Origin: an uncultured Bacteroidales bacterium
GTDB lineage: Bacteria > Bacteroidota > Bacteroidia > Bacteroidales > VadinHA17
DNA length: 64,000 nt
Direction: 5' to 3'
Assembly (NCBI GenBank): GCA_963741935.1
Contig: CAVUJY010000011.1
Coordinates: 9,537 to 73,536 of the forward strand
The notes beneath the pieces are model-generated. The model worked only from the letters and a program-made list of their open reading frames with translations, was not told where the DNA came from and did not search any database. The translations under genes were made by a program, and so were the position numbers. This document shows, one piece after another, positions 11,611 through 21,544 of the stretch; position 1 is the stretch's first letter; every line of letters starts with the position of its first letter.

Positions 11611-12003
11611 TTGTATCTTTATAAAAACATAAGTGCTTTGGAAAAGAAATGTCTCGATTGTGGCGATACCTTGCGTGGTCGTACCGATAAAAAATTCTGT
11701 TCCGACCAATGCAGGAATAATTACAACAATAAACTAAACCGCGATTCAAACAACTATGTAAGGAATGTTCACGGTTTGTTGAGAAAAAACAGAAGGATAT
11801 TATCTGATCTCTATTCTGACGGAAAGGTTAAAATCCATAAAGATGCTCTGTTCGCACTTGGGTATAATTTTAGCTTTTTTACCCATATTATTGAAACATC
11901 AGAGGGCAGAAAGTTTCATTTTTGCTTTGAATATGGATATTGTTTCACAGAAGATGACTATCTGGAATTAAAACAGAATGAGAAGTATCTCGATTATCAG
12001 TAG
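11611..12003 (+). CDS. hypothetical zinc-ribbon protein
   Basis: CLDCGDTLRGRTDKKFCSDQCRNNY is a CxxC...CxxxC motif. There is no ATG upstream of the motif, so the start codon is uncertain (TTG in the track). Confidence 0.4.
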   Translation: MYLYKNISALEKKCLDCGDTLRGRTDKKFCSDQCRNNYNNKLNRDSNNYVRNVHGLLRKNRRILSDLYSDGKVKIHKDALFALGYNFSFFTHIIETSEGRKFHFCFEYGYCFTEDDYLELKQNEKYLDYQ

Positions 12004-12041
12004 TCTGATTACGGTTTATTTATGATTTAATATTAGAGGAA

Positions 12042-12587
12042 TCAGATGCGCACGTTATTCTTAAGCGGGGTGTGCTCTCTGGCTTTAATCGGAACAAGAT
12101 GACCGGTATAGCTTACATTATCGATCATTAATGTATTCATGGAAGCCGAACAGGTGCCATCCTTTGTTATGCTGAGGAAAACATCGAATGAATTGGCTCC
12201 ATTATCAACAGTCAGTTTAATTTCATATCTGCCTTTTTGTTCGATATTAGTCAATTGATAATCTTTTGTTCTCCCTATAACGTTTATTGCAGCTATTGGC
12301 TTGAATTCATATTGTCTTCCCAGGTATGCAGCACTTATCACGGCTTTATTCCCATCAACTATGATGTAGTTCGATCGTGGCATAAGGTCGATCAGTCCTC
12401 CATATGCAAAATGCAGCTTGTTGAACTTAAGTATGAACCTTTGGTTTTCAACGGCGTTCTTAACTACTTCCTGGTTGGCAAGTTTCTTTTCATTCCTAAG
12501 TTCAGCCCTGGAGACACCGGTGTCTTTCGTGGTTGCACATGATGTTATTATAAAAAGAGTCGATACAAGAAATAATATCTTTTTCAT
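12042..12587 (-). CDS. lipoprotein, DUF4251-like
   Basis: MKKILFLVSTLFIITSC lipobox from the internal ATG at 12587. The body resembles the DUF4251 family seen in Bacteroidota (recognised from memory, not searched). Confidence 0.5.
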   Translation of the reverse strand: MKKILFLVSTLFIITSCATTKDTGVSRAELRNEKKLANQEVVKNAVENQRFILKFNKLHFAYGGLIDLMPRSNYIIVDGNKAVISAAYLGRQYEFKPIAAINVIGRTKDYQLTNIEQKGRYEIKLTVDNGANSFDVFLSITKDGTCSASMNTLMIDNVSYTGHLVPIKAREHTPLKNNVRI

Positions 12588-12655
12588 GGCAGTATGTTTT
12601 TCTTTGTTAGAAACAAATATCATGCCATAACAGGAAGATATGTTCTTGAAGAAAA

Positions 12656-13543
12656 CTATTTAATAAAGGGGAAGTAGTAGCTCATATTCTCCTTGGTTAG
12701 CCTTGTTCCATAACCAGAATCTTCAAAAGCTTCACAATATTTTATTTTTTCGCCTCTCTCTTTTCCATAAATCTCAATAAGCTTTTCGCGATAAGGGGAA
12801 GCATCAGATGATTGTTTCCTGGTTTTTCCCAGCCATATCCTTCTGTCTGCATCAGATGCCGGTACCTGATCAAGAACACCCTGGTTAAAAGGTAGCCATT
12901 CATACATCTGTGATTTATGCTGATGATACATATCCATTTTCTTTTCAATAACATCATCTATATCTACACATACTTCAGCTTTAAATGGCTCAGGATGGAT
13001 GAACCTATCACTCATAAACAGAAACATCGGGTTCTTTTTCAAAAACGGCACCTCAGGCAATATTGTCGGAACTGTGACCATGTACGCAGCATCAAGTACC
13101 AGGACTCCTGTATACCTGTGATCGGGATGATAGTCATAAGGACGTGGGAAGATTACTATATCGGCTTTCTGTTCCCGGATTAACCTGATGATTTCCAGTC
13201 GGTTTTCATACGTAGGCATCAACTGTCCGTCATGATTGTCAAGTGTAATATACCGTACCCCTATAACCTCACCGGCTTTTCTTGCTTCTTCACGACGAAT
13301 TTTGGCTAATTCAGGAGCTTTAATGCTCTGGTGCCCTGCATCTCCATTGGTTACTGAAACCATTAGAACATCATATCCGAGCTGCGCCCATTTGTAGGCT
13401 GTTCCTCCAACTTTATCAGCATCATCGGGATGGGCTCCGATTATTATAACATGTAACTTCTTATTCTCCTGATCCTGTGCATTTACCTTTGGAAAGAATG
13501 CAAGCAAAAAGGCGACCTGAATAAAAAACAGAACAGTTTTCAT
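12656..13543 (-). CDS. PIG-L/LmbE family deacetylase, secreted
   Basis: Signal peptide, then IIIGAHPDDADKVGGT and VSVTNGDAGH, the PIG-L metal-binding motifs. Confidence 0.85.
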   Translation of the reverse strand: MKTVLFFIQVAFLLAFFPKVNAQDQENKKLHVIIIGAHPDDADKVGGTAYKWAQLGYDVLMVSVTNGDAGHQSIKAPELAKIRREEARKAGEVIGVRYITLDNHDGQLMPTYENRLEIIRLIREQKADIVIFPRPYDYHPDHRYTGVLVLDAAYMVTVPTILPEVPFLKKNPMFLFMSDRFIHPEPFKAEVCVDIDDVIEKKMDMYHQHKSQMYEWLPFNQGVLDQVPASDADRRIWLGKTRKQSSDASPYREKLIEIYGKERGEKIKYCEAFEDSGYGTRLTKENMSYYFPFIK

Positions 13544-13570
13544 ATCGTATGAGGTTTTAGTTAATTATCA

Positions 13571-15097
13571 TTACCAGCTTGAGTTAGCCAGATCCCAAAC
13601 ATTTGCGAAGCTTATCTTAATTATCTTCTCCATAATATCCCAGTTAACAGTATTAATTTCATCTTTAGGTGTATGATACTCTTCTCTGTGACCTGGTTTG
13701 AATCTCATTACAGGCACTCCAACTTCAACAAATGATCTGTGGTCGGTACCTCCCGGAGGATCGTCAGATGGTTGATAGTCAACAATAAGATCAATATTAT
13801 ACTTTTTCAGGTTTGCCTGTGTTATCTCTTTGAATAAGGGATAGGAATCATTATAAGTCATAGTGACCTTTTTGGGTTCATCCTCCGAAATATATCTTGA
13901 GATCATATCAAAATTAATATTTAGCTTAAGATTTTTCAGTGGGTAAGGCAGATTCCTGACATAATACCTGGAACCAAGCAGGCCCTCTTCTTCAGCTGTC
14001 CATAGTGCTATAATAATAGTCTTTTCGGGTTTAACTCCGGTTTGCATAAGAGCTTTTGCCAGTGTCAGTACTCCAACAGTACCTGATCCATTATCATCTG
14101 CTCCATTCCAGATATATCCGTTCCCCATGCCCATATGATCATAGTGGGCGCCTATTACTATTATTTCGTCCGGATTCTTGCCTTCAATGACACCAATAAT
14201 ATTTTTAACCGCTACCTGCGATGTATTTACTGAGGTTTTAATATAAACCGATTTATTTGTCGTCTGTGGTATCACATAGGGTTTGTTCTCTTCCGTTTTG
14301 GCAATATATTCATCAAGATCAATCCCGGTGCCTTTCAAAATTTCATTGGCTGTTTTTACCGAAGCAGTAATCCTGATCATGTTATCAGGATTATTCTTAT
14401 TCGGAATAGAATACCTTGCATAAGGTCTTCCGGTTCGTGGAGTTCCTTCTGAAGGAGACATATTCATAAAATCATTTGGAGCAGGATATCCGACAACAGT
14501 TGATGCAGGATTAAACTCAATAATACCGATAGCACCCAATTCTTTCAGGGTTGATTCTGTCGCTCTTGAAATTGACTGAAGTTCTGACTGATTTTGTGTT
14601 TCCTTAATAAACGCCGGGAATCCAGCAATCTTAAGGACGATTTTTCCTTTTATATCAAGCTTATTGAAGTCGTTGTGCTTAAGTTTTTCATTTTTAATTC
14701 CATAACCTATAAAAACAACAGGAGCCTCAATTTCGACAGCAGGATCTGATGGTCTGACCAGAAAATCAACATTATAAGTACAATTTATAGTCTTAACATT
14801 TTTACCGTCAGATACTTTTATTTTCATCAACTGCTCATCACCAGGAAGTGTTTTTAAAAGGACGAAGTTCTGAAAGTAAGACCTTTCAATAATGTTGTTA
14901 TTATTTAGGCGGCTTCTTTGTCTTATAATGTCACCTGCAGGCTTAACATTGTATAATTGAAGCATGCTGGCGATATAATCGGCTGCCAGTGATTCTCCTT
15001 TTTCACCTGCCATCCGGCCTTCGGTCCAGTCGGACGACAAAAAACCCAGTTGCGCTTTTAGTGCATTGGGAGTGATGGCATCAAAGCCTTTGTCCAT
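13571..15097 (-). CDS. M28 family aminopeptidase with PA domain
   Basis: GAHYDHMG, GADDNGSGTVGVLTLAKAL and WTAEEEGLLGSRYY are the M28 zinc-ligand motifs. A lipoprotein signal (VKKQFLSMLLLFLISCQ, about 15098-15174) lies upstream in a different frame. This implies a 5' frameshift. Confidence 0.85.
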   Translation of the reverse strand: MDKGFDAITPNALKAQLGFLSSDWTEGRMAGEKGESLAADYIASMLQLYNVKPAGDIIRQRSRLNNNNIIERSYFQNFVLLKTLPGDEQLMKIKVSDGKNVKTINCTYNVDFLVRPSDPAVEIEAPVVFIGYGIKNEKLKHNDFNKLDIKGKIVLKIAGFPAFIKETQNQSELQSISRATESTLKELGAIGIIEFNPASTVVGYPAPNDFMNMSPSEGTPRTGRPYARYSIPNKNNPDNMIRITASVKTANEILKGTGIDLDEYIAKTEENKPYVIPQTTNKSVYIKTSVNTSQVAVKNIIGVIEGKNPDEIIVIGAHYDHMGMGNGYIWNGADDNGSGTVGVLTLAKALMQTGVKPEKTIIIALWTAEEEGLLGSRYYVRNLPYPLKNLKLNINFDMISRYISEDEPKKVTMTYNDSYPLFKEITQANLKKYNIDLIVDYQPSDDPPGGTDHRSFVEVGVPVMRFKPGHREEYHTPKDEINTVNWDIMEKIIKISFANVWDLANSSW

Positions 15098-15360
15098 TGG
15101 TGTTATCTGTGCATTTATTAACCTGGCAGCTAATAAGAAACAGCAGAAGCATTGATAAAAATTGCTTTTTCACGTGTAATTGGTTTTTTGGTAATATTTT
15201 AAATGAAAAGGCTAAAATATAAAAATATTATCTCCATTCCCGTAATTTTTGAATTTCTGATATATTTTCAGGTTAAAGATGGATTATTTTTTTTGAAACT
15301 ATGATCATAATTCATCTGAGGTTAAATTTTTATATTTGGGAAAAATTAAATAAAATATCT

Positions 15361-15903
15361 ATGAGGAAGATTTGTAACTTTAATAATAGCAATGATCGTA
15401 TTTTCAGGTATGGCTTTTTCACAATCAAGGACAGTCTATCAAAATGGTTATCTTGTTAAGGTTGGAGATAAATCTCCTGATTTCACTATTAATGAAACAG
15501 GAGGAAAGTCATATAAACTCTCTGATCTTAAGGGGAAAGTAGTTATGCTCCAGTTTACTGCAAGCTGGTGCAGTGTATGTCGAAAAGAGATGCCGTTTAT
15601 TGAAAAGGAGATATGGATGGAGAAGAAAAACGATGGTCTGGTTGTTATCGGCATTGACAGGGATGAACCTGTTGATAAAGTAATCAGGTTTAAAAAAGAT
15701 ATTGCAGTAACATACCCTATGAGCTCTTGACCCCGGCGCAGATATATTTGGTCTTTATCGCCGAAAAGGAAGCAGGCGTTACCAGAAATGTAATTATTGA
15801 CCGCAACGGGAAAATTATTTTTCTCACGCGACTTTACGACCGCAGTGAATTTGATCAGATGAAAAAGGTGATTTTTGCAGAACTTGACACTGAAATAATC
15901 TGA
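15361..15903 (+). pseudogene. TlpA/redoxin-like thiol:disulfide oxidoreductase, about three frameshifts
   Basis: FTASWCSVCRKEMPFIEKE (CxxC) in ORF 15392-15730. ATG 15361 (MRKI) is in another frame. The 3' part reads ALDPGADIFGLY, then AEKEAGVTRNVIIDRNGKIIF, in two further frames and ends at TGA 15901-15903. Confidence 0.7.
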
Positions 15904-16025
15904 CAATATATACGTTATATGCACTGAGATCGTTAAACATAAACTTTTTGTCTTGAATAATGTTCTATTAATTGATTCTTTACGAATACTTTTACAGAAC
16001 TTTACTTTTAACCATAAAAACAAAA

Positions 16026-16662
16026 ATGATGAAAAAACTATTTGCAGTAATCCTTATTGTATTTATAGCAATACCAGCCTTTTCCCAGATAAAATTTGGT
16101 ATAAAAGCAGGTGTAAGTACAACCAATTTATCAATGCCATCCGTAAAAACCGTTGAAACTGCCTCGACTTCATATTCTGTTGAAGCCCTTTCATCTGCAA
16201 AATATGGTTTTCATGGAGGCGCGTTTATGAGGGTAACACTTCTTGGTGTCTATGTTCAGCCTGAATTATTATTTACTAACAGAACAAGTGAATATACGGT
16301 TACAGAATTATCTAAGTCCATCTGTTGTAGTAAAACAAAAGTTTAATAAACTGGATATTCCTGTTATGGTAGGATTTAAGCTTGGTCCGCTTCGTCTGAA
16401 TGCAGGTCCTGCAGCTTCACTTCTTATTAATAGTCCCAAAGACCTTATTGATGATCCAAATTTAAAGAGCAATTACAGCAGAATGACAATTGGATATCAG
16501 GCAGGCGTAGGTATTGATATTCTGAAGACTCTGACATTTGATGTGCGTTACGAAGGAAGTCTTAAAAAATACCAGAATCAAATTGAAAACCTGACTGGTA
16601 CGAAATTCAATCTCGATGACAGACCAAATGCCTTCCTGTTTAGTTTGGGTTTGTTTTTCTAG
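16026..16662 (+). pseudogene. outer-membrane beta-barrel protein (PorT/OmpA-like barrel family), one frameshift
   Basis: MMKKLFAVILIVFIAIPAFSQIKFGIKAGV signal plus first strand. The C-terminal strand ends in an aromatic residue (AFLFSLGLFF). ORFs 15972-16346 and 16243-16662 overlap in different frames. Confidence 0.6.
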
Positions 16663-16707
16663 GATGATTCGTTTTAAGAAAATATTTTATAAATAAAATA
16701 TCCTGTT

Positions 16708-16753
16708 TTTTGCCTGGGTTTGCTGGCTCTGTTTGTCCTGTAAGCCCAGGCAA
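16708..16753. terminator. long-loop hairpin between convergent genes
   Basis: TTTGCCTGGG (16708-16717) pairs with CCCAGGCAAA (16744-16753). A T-run lies on the left and an A-rich tail on the right. The 26-nt loop is large for a classical terminator. Confidence 0.3.
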
Positions 16754-16838
16754 ATTTCAAATAGATGAAGAACTTATTCCTTCAAATAGAGTTATTTGCA
16801 TGATTTTGATAGGATTTAATTACTTGGAGAATAGCATT

Positions 16839-17195
16839 TTAGCAGCTACAAGAAGTAATAAGTACTCCGAATATTTTTTTCAGTGCTGCCTGTGGTATTG
16901 TCACTGCAAGTTTTGATCCGAAATATGATCCAATAATGAAAAAGATTGCAATTATAAATGCAAATTTGAAATTTACTTCACCAGCTTTATAATAATTGTA
17001 TGCAGCTATAATACCAATAGGAGGTAACATCACTGCAAGGCTTGTTCCCTGTGCTGTTTGCTGACTTAATCCTAAAATATAAACCAGAGCCGGAATCATT
17101 ATAATAGCTCCGCCTATACCAAGCATTCCAGCCATAACACCTGTTACTATTCCTATTAGTATCAGGATAATTAGCATAGTTATTGACATCTTCAT
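16839..17195 (-). CDS. TauE/SafE (TSUP) family anion exporter, short form
   Basis: Polytopic 118-aa protein with GVMAGMLGIGGAIIMIPALVYILGLSQQTAQGTS, the TSUP signature. Confidence 0.65.
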   Translation of the reverse strand: MKMSITMLIILILIGIVTGVMAGMLGIGGAIIMIPALVYILGLSQQTAQGTSLAVMLPPIGIIAAYNYYKAGEVNFKFAFIIAIFFIIGSYFGSKLAVTIPQAALKKIFGVLITSCSC

Positions 17196-17400
17196 AATGT
17201 ATTAGGTTAAATGAATCGGAACAAAATTATAAAAAAAACGGGCATGGTAAGCACAAAGATCTGTTGCATATAAAAAAGATAATTATTTTCTCAGAATGTT
17301 ATGCATTATTCTTAACTCTTCTTTTTGAGTTAATAAGCATTTCATCATTATTTTGCCACATTCAACATTATCCGTAAATTTGTAGCCTGTTTGAAAGACA

Positions 17401-18432
17401 ATGAAGAAAAAAGCTTTAGCATATATTCTGGGGAGCATTGCTGTTTTAGTCTTAGCTGTTATCATATTGGTTTATAAAAATGTATATGGTACTACAGTGT
17501 TCGTCAAAAACAACAAAAGCATCCTTTATATTCCAACCAATTCATCTTATTCACAGGTGCTTGATACTATTGAAAAGAACCTGAATGTTACCAATATTCA
17601 GGCTCTTGACTGGGTGGCAAAAAGGAAAAACTATCCTGCCAGGGTTAAGCCGGGACGGTATGTTATTGAGTCTGATTTAAGCTATTCCAAATTAATAAAC
17701 CTGTTAAGATCTGGTCGTCAGACGCCGGTAAGGGTAACTTTTAACAATATACGAACATTAAATCAGCTTGCAGGGAAGATCGGCAATCTGATTGAAGTTG
17801 ATTCGTCCGATATTATCAACTTCCTCTCAGATGAATCAAATTACTCTTCCGATGGATTTAAAAAGGAGAATATCATAGCGATGTTTATTCCGAATACTTA
17901 TCAGATTAACTGGAGCACAGATGCTAAAGGGTTATATACCAGGATGCTCACGGAATACAGGAAATTCTGGGACGAAAATCGTCTGACCAAAGCAAAAGAA
18001 AAAGGTCTTGATCCTTTGGAGGTATCAATTCTTGCTTCAATAATTGACGATGAAGTATCGAAGCCTGATGAGAAACCACGTATAGCCGGAGTATATCTGA
18101 ACAGATTAAAGAAAGGAATGCCTTTGCAGGCCTGCCCAACTATAAAATTCGCATTAAATGATTTTACTATTACCCGTATTTTAAAGAAATATCTTGTTGT
18201 TGATTCTCCATATAATACCTATATACATAAAGGCTTTCCTCCCGGACCTATTGGATGCCCATCTGTTGATGCTATTGATGCTGTGTTAAATGCTGAAAAG
18301 AATGACTACATCTTTTTTGCAGCTAAATCAGATTTTTCAGGTTATCATAATTTCTCAAAAACCCTTTCAGAGCATAATCGTTATGCTGCCATGTATCAGA
18401 AAGAACTGAATAAAAGAAAAATTTTCAGATAG
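17401..18432 (+). CDS. mltG: endolytic murein transglycosylase (YceG-like)
   Basis: N-terminal TM helix. YceG motifs ASIIDDEV, RIAGVYLNRLKKGMPLQACPT and SPYNTYIHKGFPPGPIGCPS. Confidence 0.9.
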   Translation: MKKKALAYILGSIAVLVLAVIILVYKNVYGTTVFVKNNKSILYIPTNSSYSQVLDTIEKNLNVTNIQALDWVAKRKNYPARVKPGRYVIESDLSYSKLINLLRSGRQTPVRVTFNNIRTLNQLAGKIGNLIEVDSSDIINFLSDESNYSSDGFKKENIIAMFIPNTYQINWSTDAKGLYTRMLTEYRKFWDENRLTKAKEKGLDPLEVSILASIIDDEVSKPDEKPRIAGVYLNRLKKGMPLQACPTIKFALNDFTITRILKKYLVVDSPYNTYIHKGFPPGPIGCPSVDAIDAVLNAEKNDYIFFAAKSDFSGYHNFSKTLSEHNRYAAMYQKELNKRKIFR

Positions 18433-19444
18433 CACCGATAACTTCTACTTCACGGTCGAGCACAATACCAAATTTATCGAGGACGGAATTTCTGATATCC
18501 TCAGATAATCTGTAAATATCAGTTCCTGATGCTTTCCCATAGTTAACAATAACTAATGCCTGTTTTTCATGAATGCCGGCATCACCAATACGTCTCCCTT
18601 TCCATCCGCACTGTTCAATAAGCCAGCCCGCAGAAAGTTTTATACCTCCCGATATATCAGCGTAAAAAGGTATTTGAGGATATTTTATTTTTAGGTTTTC
18701 TGAAACATTTTTATCAACAACAGGATTCTTGAAGAAGCTGCCGGCATTGCCAATCTTTTCAGGGTCAGGTAATTTACTGCTTCTTATATTTATTACTGCC
18801 TGTCTTACATTATTAAGAGTCGTTTCCCCAAGTCTCGAAACTTCATCTTTGAGTGAACCATAAGTCAGGTTAATTGATTCATTTTTTGAAAGTCTGTAAT
18901 ATACCCGGGTAATTAGATATTTGCCTTTAGCCTTGCTTTTAAAGATGCTGTTTCTGTATTCAAACCTGCATTGATCATTATCGAAAATTCTTTTGCTCCC
19001 ATCACTTGTACTTATTGCTCTTACCTTCACAATCAGATCCTTAACTTCAACTCCATATGCTCCTATATTCTGAACAGGAGTTGCTCCAACGTCTCCCGGA
19101 ATATGTGAGAGGTTTTCCAGCCCTCCAAATCCTTTACTAACGCTCCAGGCAACAAGTTTATCCCATTCCAATCCTGCTCCGGCTGATACTATGACGTAAT
19201 TATCCGATTCTTCTTCCACTTTAATACCCTTTATTTCAGGAATAAGAATTGTGCCTTTAAAATCATTGGTAAAGAGTAGATTACTTCCTCCTCCGATTAT
19301 CAGAAGAGGTTTTTTCCATCTTAGTCCACCAGCAAGTACAGACGTGGCTTCCTTTTCATTTCTGATATGGATCACACAACTTGCCTTATAATCCAGACCA
19401 AAGGTGTTATATTTTTTAAGGGATATATTTTTTTTTATTATCAT
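18425..19444 (-). CDS. murB: UDP-N-acetylenolpyruvoylglucosamine reductase
   Basis: LKKYNTFGLDYKA, IIGGGSNLLF and GLENLSHIPGDVGATPVQNIGAYGVE are the FAD-binding MurB signatures. The 339-aa ORF is intact. Confidence 0.9.
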   Translation of the reverse strand: MIIKKNISLKKYNTFGLDYKASCVIHIRNEKEATSVLAGGLRWKKPLLIIGGGSNLLFTNDFKGTILIPEIKGIKVEEESDNYVIVSAGAGLEWDKLVAWSVSKGFGGLENLSHIPGDVGATPVQNIGAYGVEVKDLIVKVRAISTSDGSKRIFDNDQCRFEYRNSIFKSKAKGKYLITRVYYRLSKNESINLTYGSLKDEVSRLGETTLNNVRQAVINIRSSKLPDPEKIGNAGSFFKNPVVDKNVSENLKIKYPQIPFYADISGGIKLSAGWLIEQCGWKGRRIGDAGIHEKQALVIVNYGKASGTDIYRLSEDIRNSVLDKFGIVLDREVEVIGAI

Positions 19445-20102
19445 GCTGGTTACAGGTTACTAATCAGTGTCTAAAGTTTGGAGTGCCTAAAATGCCTAAA
19501 GTTAAATAGATTGAATCAGTTTGTTTTATAACCCGCGATGATATTTAAAGCTTGTAATACATTTTGATTGTTTTATATGGATGTATAAATAATAGATATC
19601 AGGATGACATGTGGCGTAATCGTCTATTTATCAGCCATACAAAAAATTACTGACAACAGGCTGACTGAAAGAGCGTTACATATATGAAAATTACCTATGG
19701 TGTCGAACCCTAATGCTTATAGTACACGATTTTACAACTTTATTCTCTATCACGGAAGAGGTCATCTGTTAAGGACAAGAATAGCAATCAATAAATGATT
19801 CGTTATAATGATTGGGAGATACCTTCAACAAAAATCTGCAAAAATAGTATAGTTAGAAAAGATGAGATGTAAGATTAAGGGTGCGACCAGGAGTTATTCA
19901 TATTATGCCGATTCGTGGCTTAAAAAAATAAAATGCCAGCTGGAACCGAATTTACAAGTATCTAATAATACTTAATTGGTCAAATTGTTAATCTGGTTAA
20001 CCGATATCATAAAATCTAATTTACTATTTTTGACAGTGCATTATTCTCTGGTCACTATTGTGGCATTTTAGTGATCATTCTGTTTGATATATTTTTTTGA
20101 CG

Positions 20103-20747
20103 ATGGAAAAACTGGATCTGATAAAAGAAGCATTTCCTTTCCTGGAGAAGGAACTGATTGCTGAAATAGATAGTGTTTCAACATTTCAGGAGCTTAAGAC
20201 AAGCCAGAGCATTCTTGGTGAAGGTGATTATATAAAATCCTTTCCAATGGTGCTTAAAGGCTGCCTGCGTGTTGTACGACTTTCAGAAGATGGAAATGAA
20301 CTGCTTTTATATTATCTCAATAAAGGCGAGATATGCAGTATGTCGCTGACTTGTTGTATGTCGCTGCAGAAGAGTAATATTATAATGATAGCTGAGGAAA
20401 ATTCATCAATTATAACTATACCTGTAAATAAACCGGAGAAATGGATGACTGAATTTAAATCATGGAAAGAGTTCATGATGAATTCATATCGTCAGCGATT
20501 TGAAGAATTGCTTGAAACAATTGATTCAATAGCGTTTACAAAGCTTGATGACCGGATAATAAGGTTTTTCGAAGAGCGTTACAAATCCACCGGACAAAGT
20601 ACTTTTATCGGAACACATGCAGATATTGCCGAACAGCTTAATACATCACGGGAAGTGGTAAGCCGTCTTTTGCGCCATCTTGAGCTCCAGGATCTGGTTC
20701 GGACTGACAGAAACAGGGTAGATTATTCCATGTTAATAAAGAAATAG
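20103..20747 (+). CDS. Crp/Fnr family transcriptional regulator
   Basis: cNMP-binding-like beta-roll, then a C-terminal HTH (IAEQLNTSREVVSRLLRHLELQDLV). ATG 20103 is preferred to the TTG at 20097. Confidence 0.85.
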   Translation: MEKLDLIKEAFPFLEKELIAEIDSVSTFQELKTSQSILGEGDYIKSFPMVLKGCLRVVRLSEDGNELLLYYLNKGEICSMSLTCCMSLQKSNIIMIAEENSSIITIPVNKPEKWMTEFKSWKEFMMNSYRQRFEELLETIDSIAFTKLDDRIIRFFEERYKSTGQSTFIGTHADIAEQLNTSREVVSRLLRHLELQDLVRTDRNRVDYSMLIKK

Positions 20748-20749
20748 CT

Positions 20750-20775
20750 CCTTCTGTGACTAAAGTCACAGAAGG
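20750..20775. promoter_or_regulatory. perfect palindrome containing TGTGA-N6-TCACA (CRP/FNR-type site) or crp terminator hairpin
   Basis: CCTTCTGTGAC TAAA GTCACAGAAGG has 11-bp perfect arms. TGTGA is at 20755-20759 and TCACA at 20766-20770. No T-tract follows it. Confidence 0.4.
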
Positions 20776-20792
20776 AACCGGCAAGCGATAAC

Positions 20793-20800
20793 TATTTTTG
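20793..20800 (+). promoter_or_regulatory. candidate Bacteroidota -7 promoter box (TAnnTTTG)
   Basis: TATTTTTG matches TAnnTTTG. It lies 16 nt upstream of ATG 20816. Confidence 0.35.
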
Positions 20801-20815
20801 TCTCAAATTTTAAAT

Positions 20816-21067
20816 ATGAAAGATTTTTTCAATAAACATTTCGTCGAGATTATTTTTGCTCTGGTGGGTGGTGTTGCAGGTTTTCTTTATTGGAAACTTA
20901 TTGGATGCCAGTCAGGTACATGCCCTATAAAATCCGTATGGTACCTTAGTACAATATGGGGAATGACTTTTGGATACCTCACAGCAAGTATAATAAAAGA
21001 TCTTTTTTTAAAGGTCAGAGATAAGAAAAAAGCAGGAGCTGAATCAGATTCTGAATCAAAAGAATAG
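20816..21067 (+). CDS. small membrane protein with GCxSGxCP motif
   Basis: 83 aa from ATG 20816. Two predicted TM helices flank LIGCQSGTCPIKS, followed by a charged C-terminal tail. Confidence 0.5.
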   Translation: MKDFFNKHFVEIIFALVGGVAGFLYWKLIGCQSGTCPIKSVWYLSTIWGMTFGYLTASIIKDLFLKVRDKKKAGAESDSESKE

Positions 21068-21544
21068 TCATTAGTCTGGACTTACGATTGGAAAAATTTC
21101 AGGTAGATTTTTTTTCAAAAGAAGGCTGTCATTTTAAATAGTGATGGCTTTTTTCTTTGTAATACCGGGTCCCCATGCATTTTTGCACACAAAATATTAT
21201 GACAACTGGCTCTGAAAGAGCCAGATATGAATAGCCAGGTGTGATTCTAATCGAAATCACGTCGTTCTAATTAACCGTTTCAGAATATGTGCGACAGAAG
21301 TACTCATGCTTCAGGGCTTGAGAATCAGAGATGATTGGTTAAAGATTACCCCGTTGCAATGTACAGGTTACTGACATGGTGATGCTCTGCATAGCTTTAA
21401 GGTAAATTATCTGTATATTCAACTTTTAAAGGCAAAGTTGCTGTTGGCTCAAAATTCTTGTGGTAATAGGTGCAGTACATTTTAAATAAAATATTAATTT
21501 GCGGATGATTAGTTTTATCAATCTAAACTGAAAATACTTTTATC

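Noticed and set aside
15448-16023. 191-aa ORF antisense to the TlpA-like gene
   Set aside because: It has no motifs and spans the gene plus intergenic sequence. The plus strand carries a convincing redoxin.
19690-19720. tRNA-like T-arm (GGTGTCGAACCC)
   Set aside because: I could not build an acceptor stem, D-arm or anticodon arm from the flanking sequence, and the T-loop deviates from GGTTCGAATCC.
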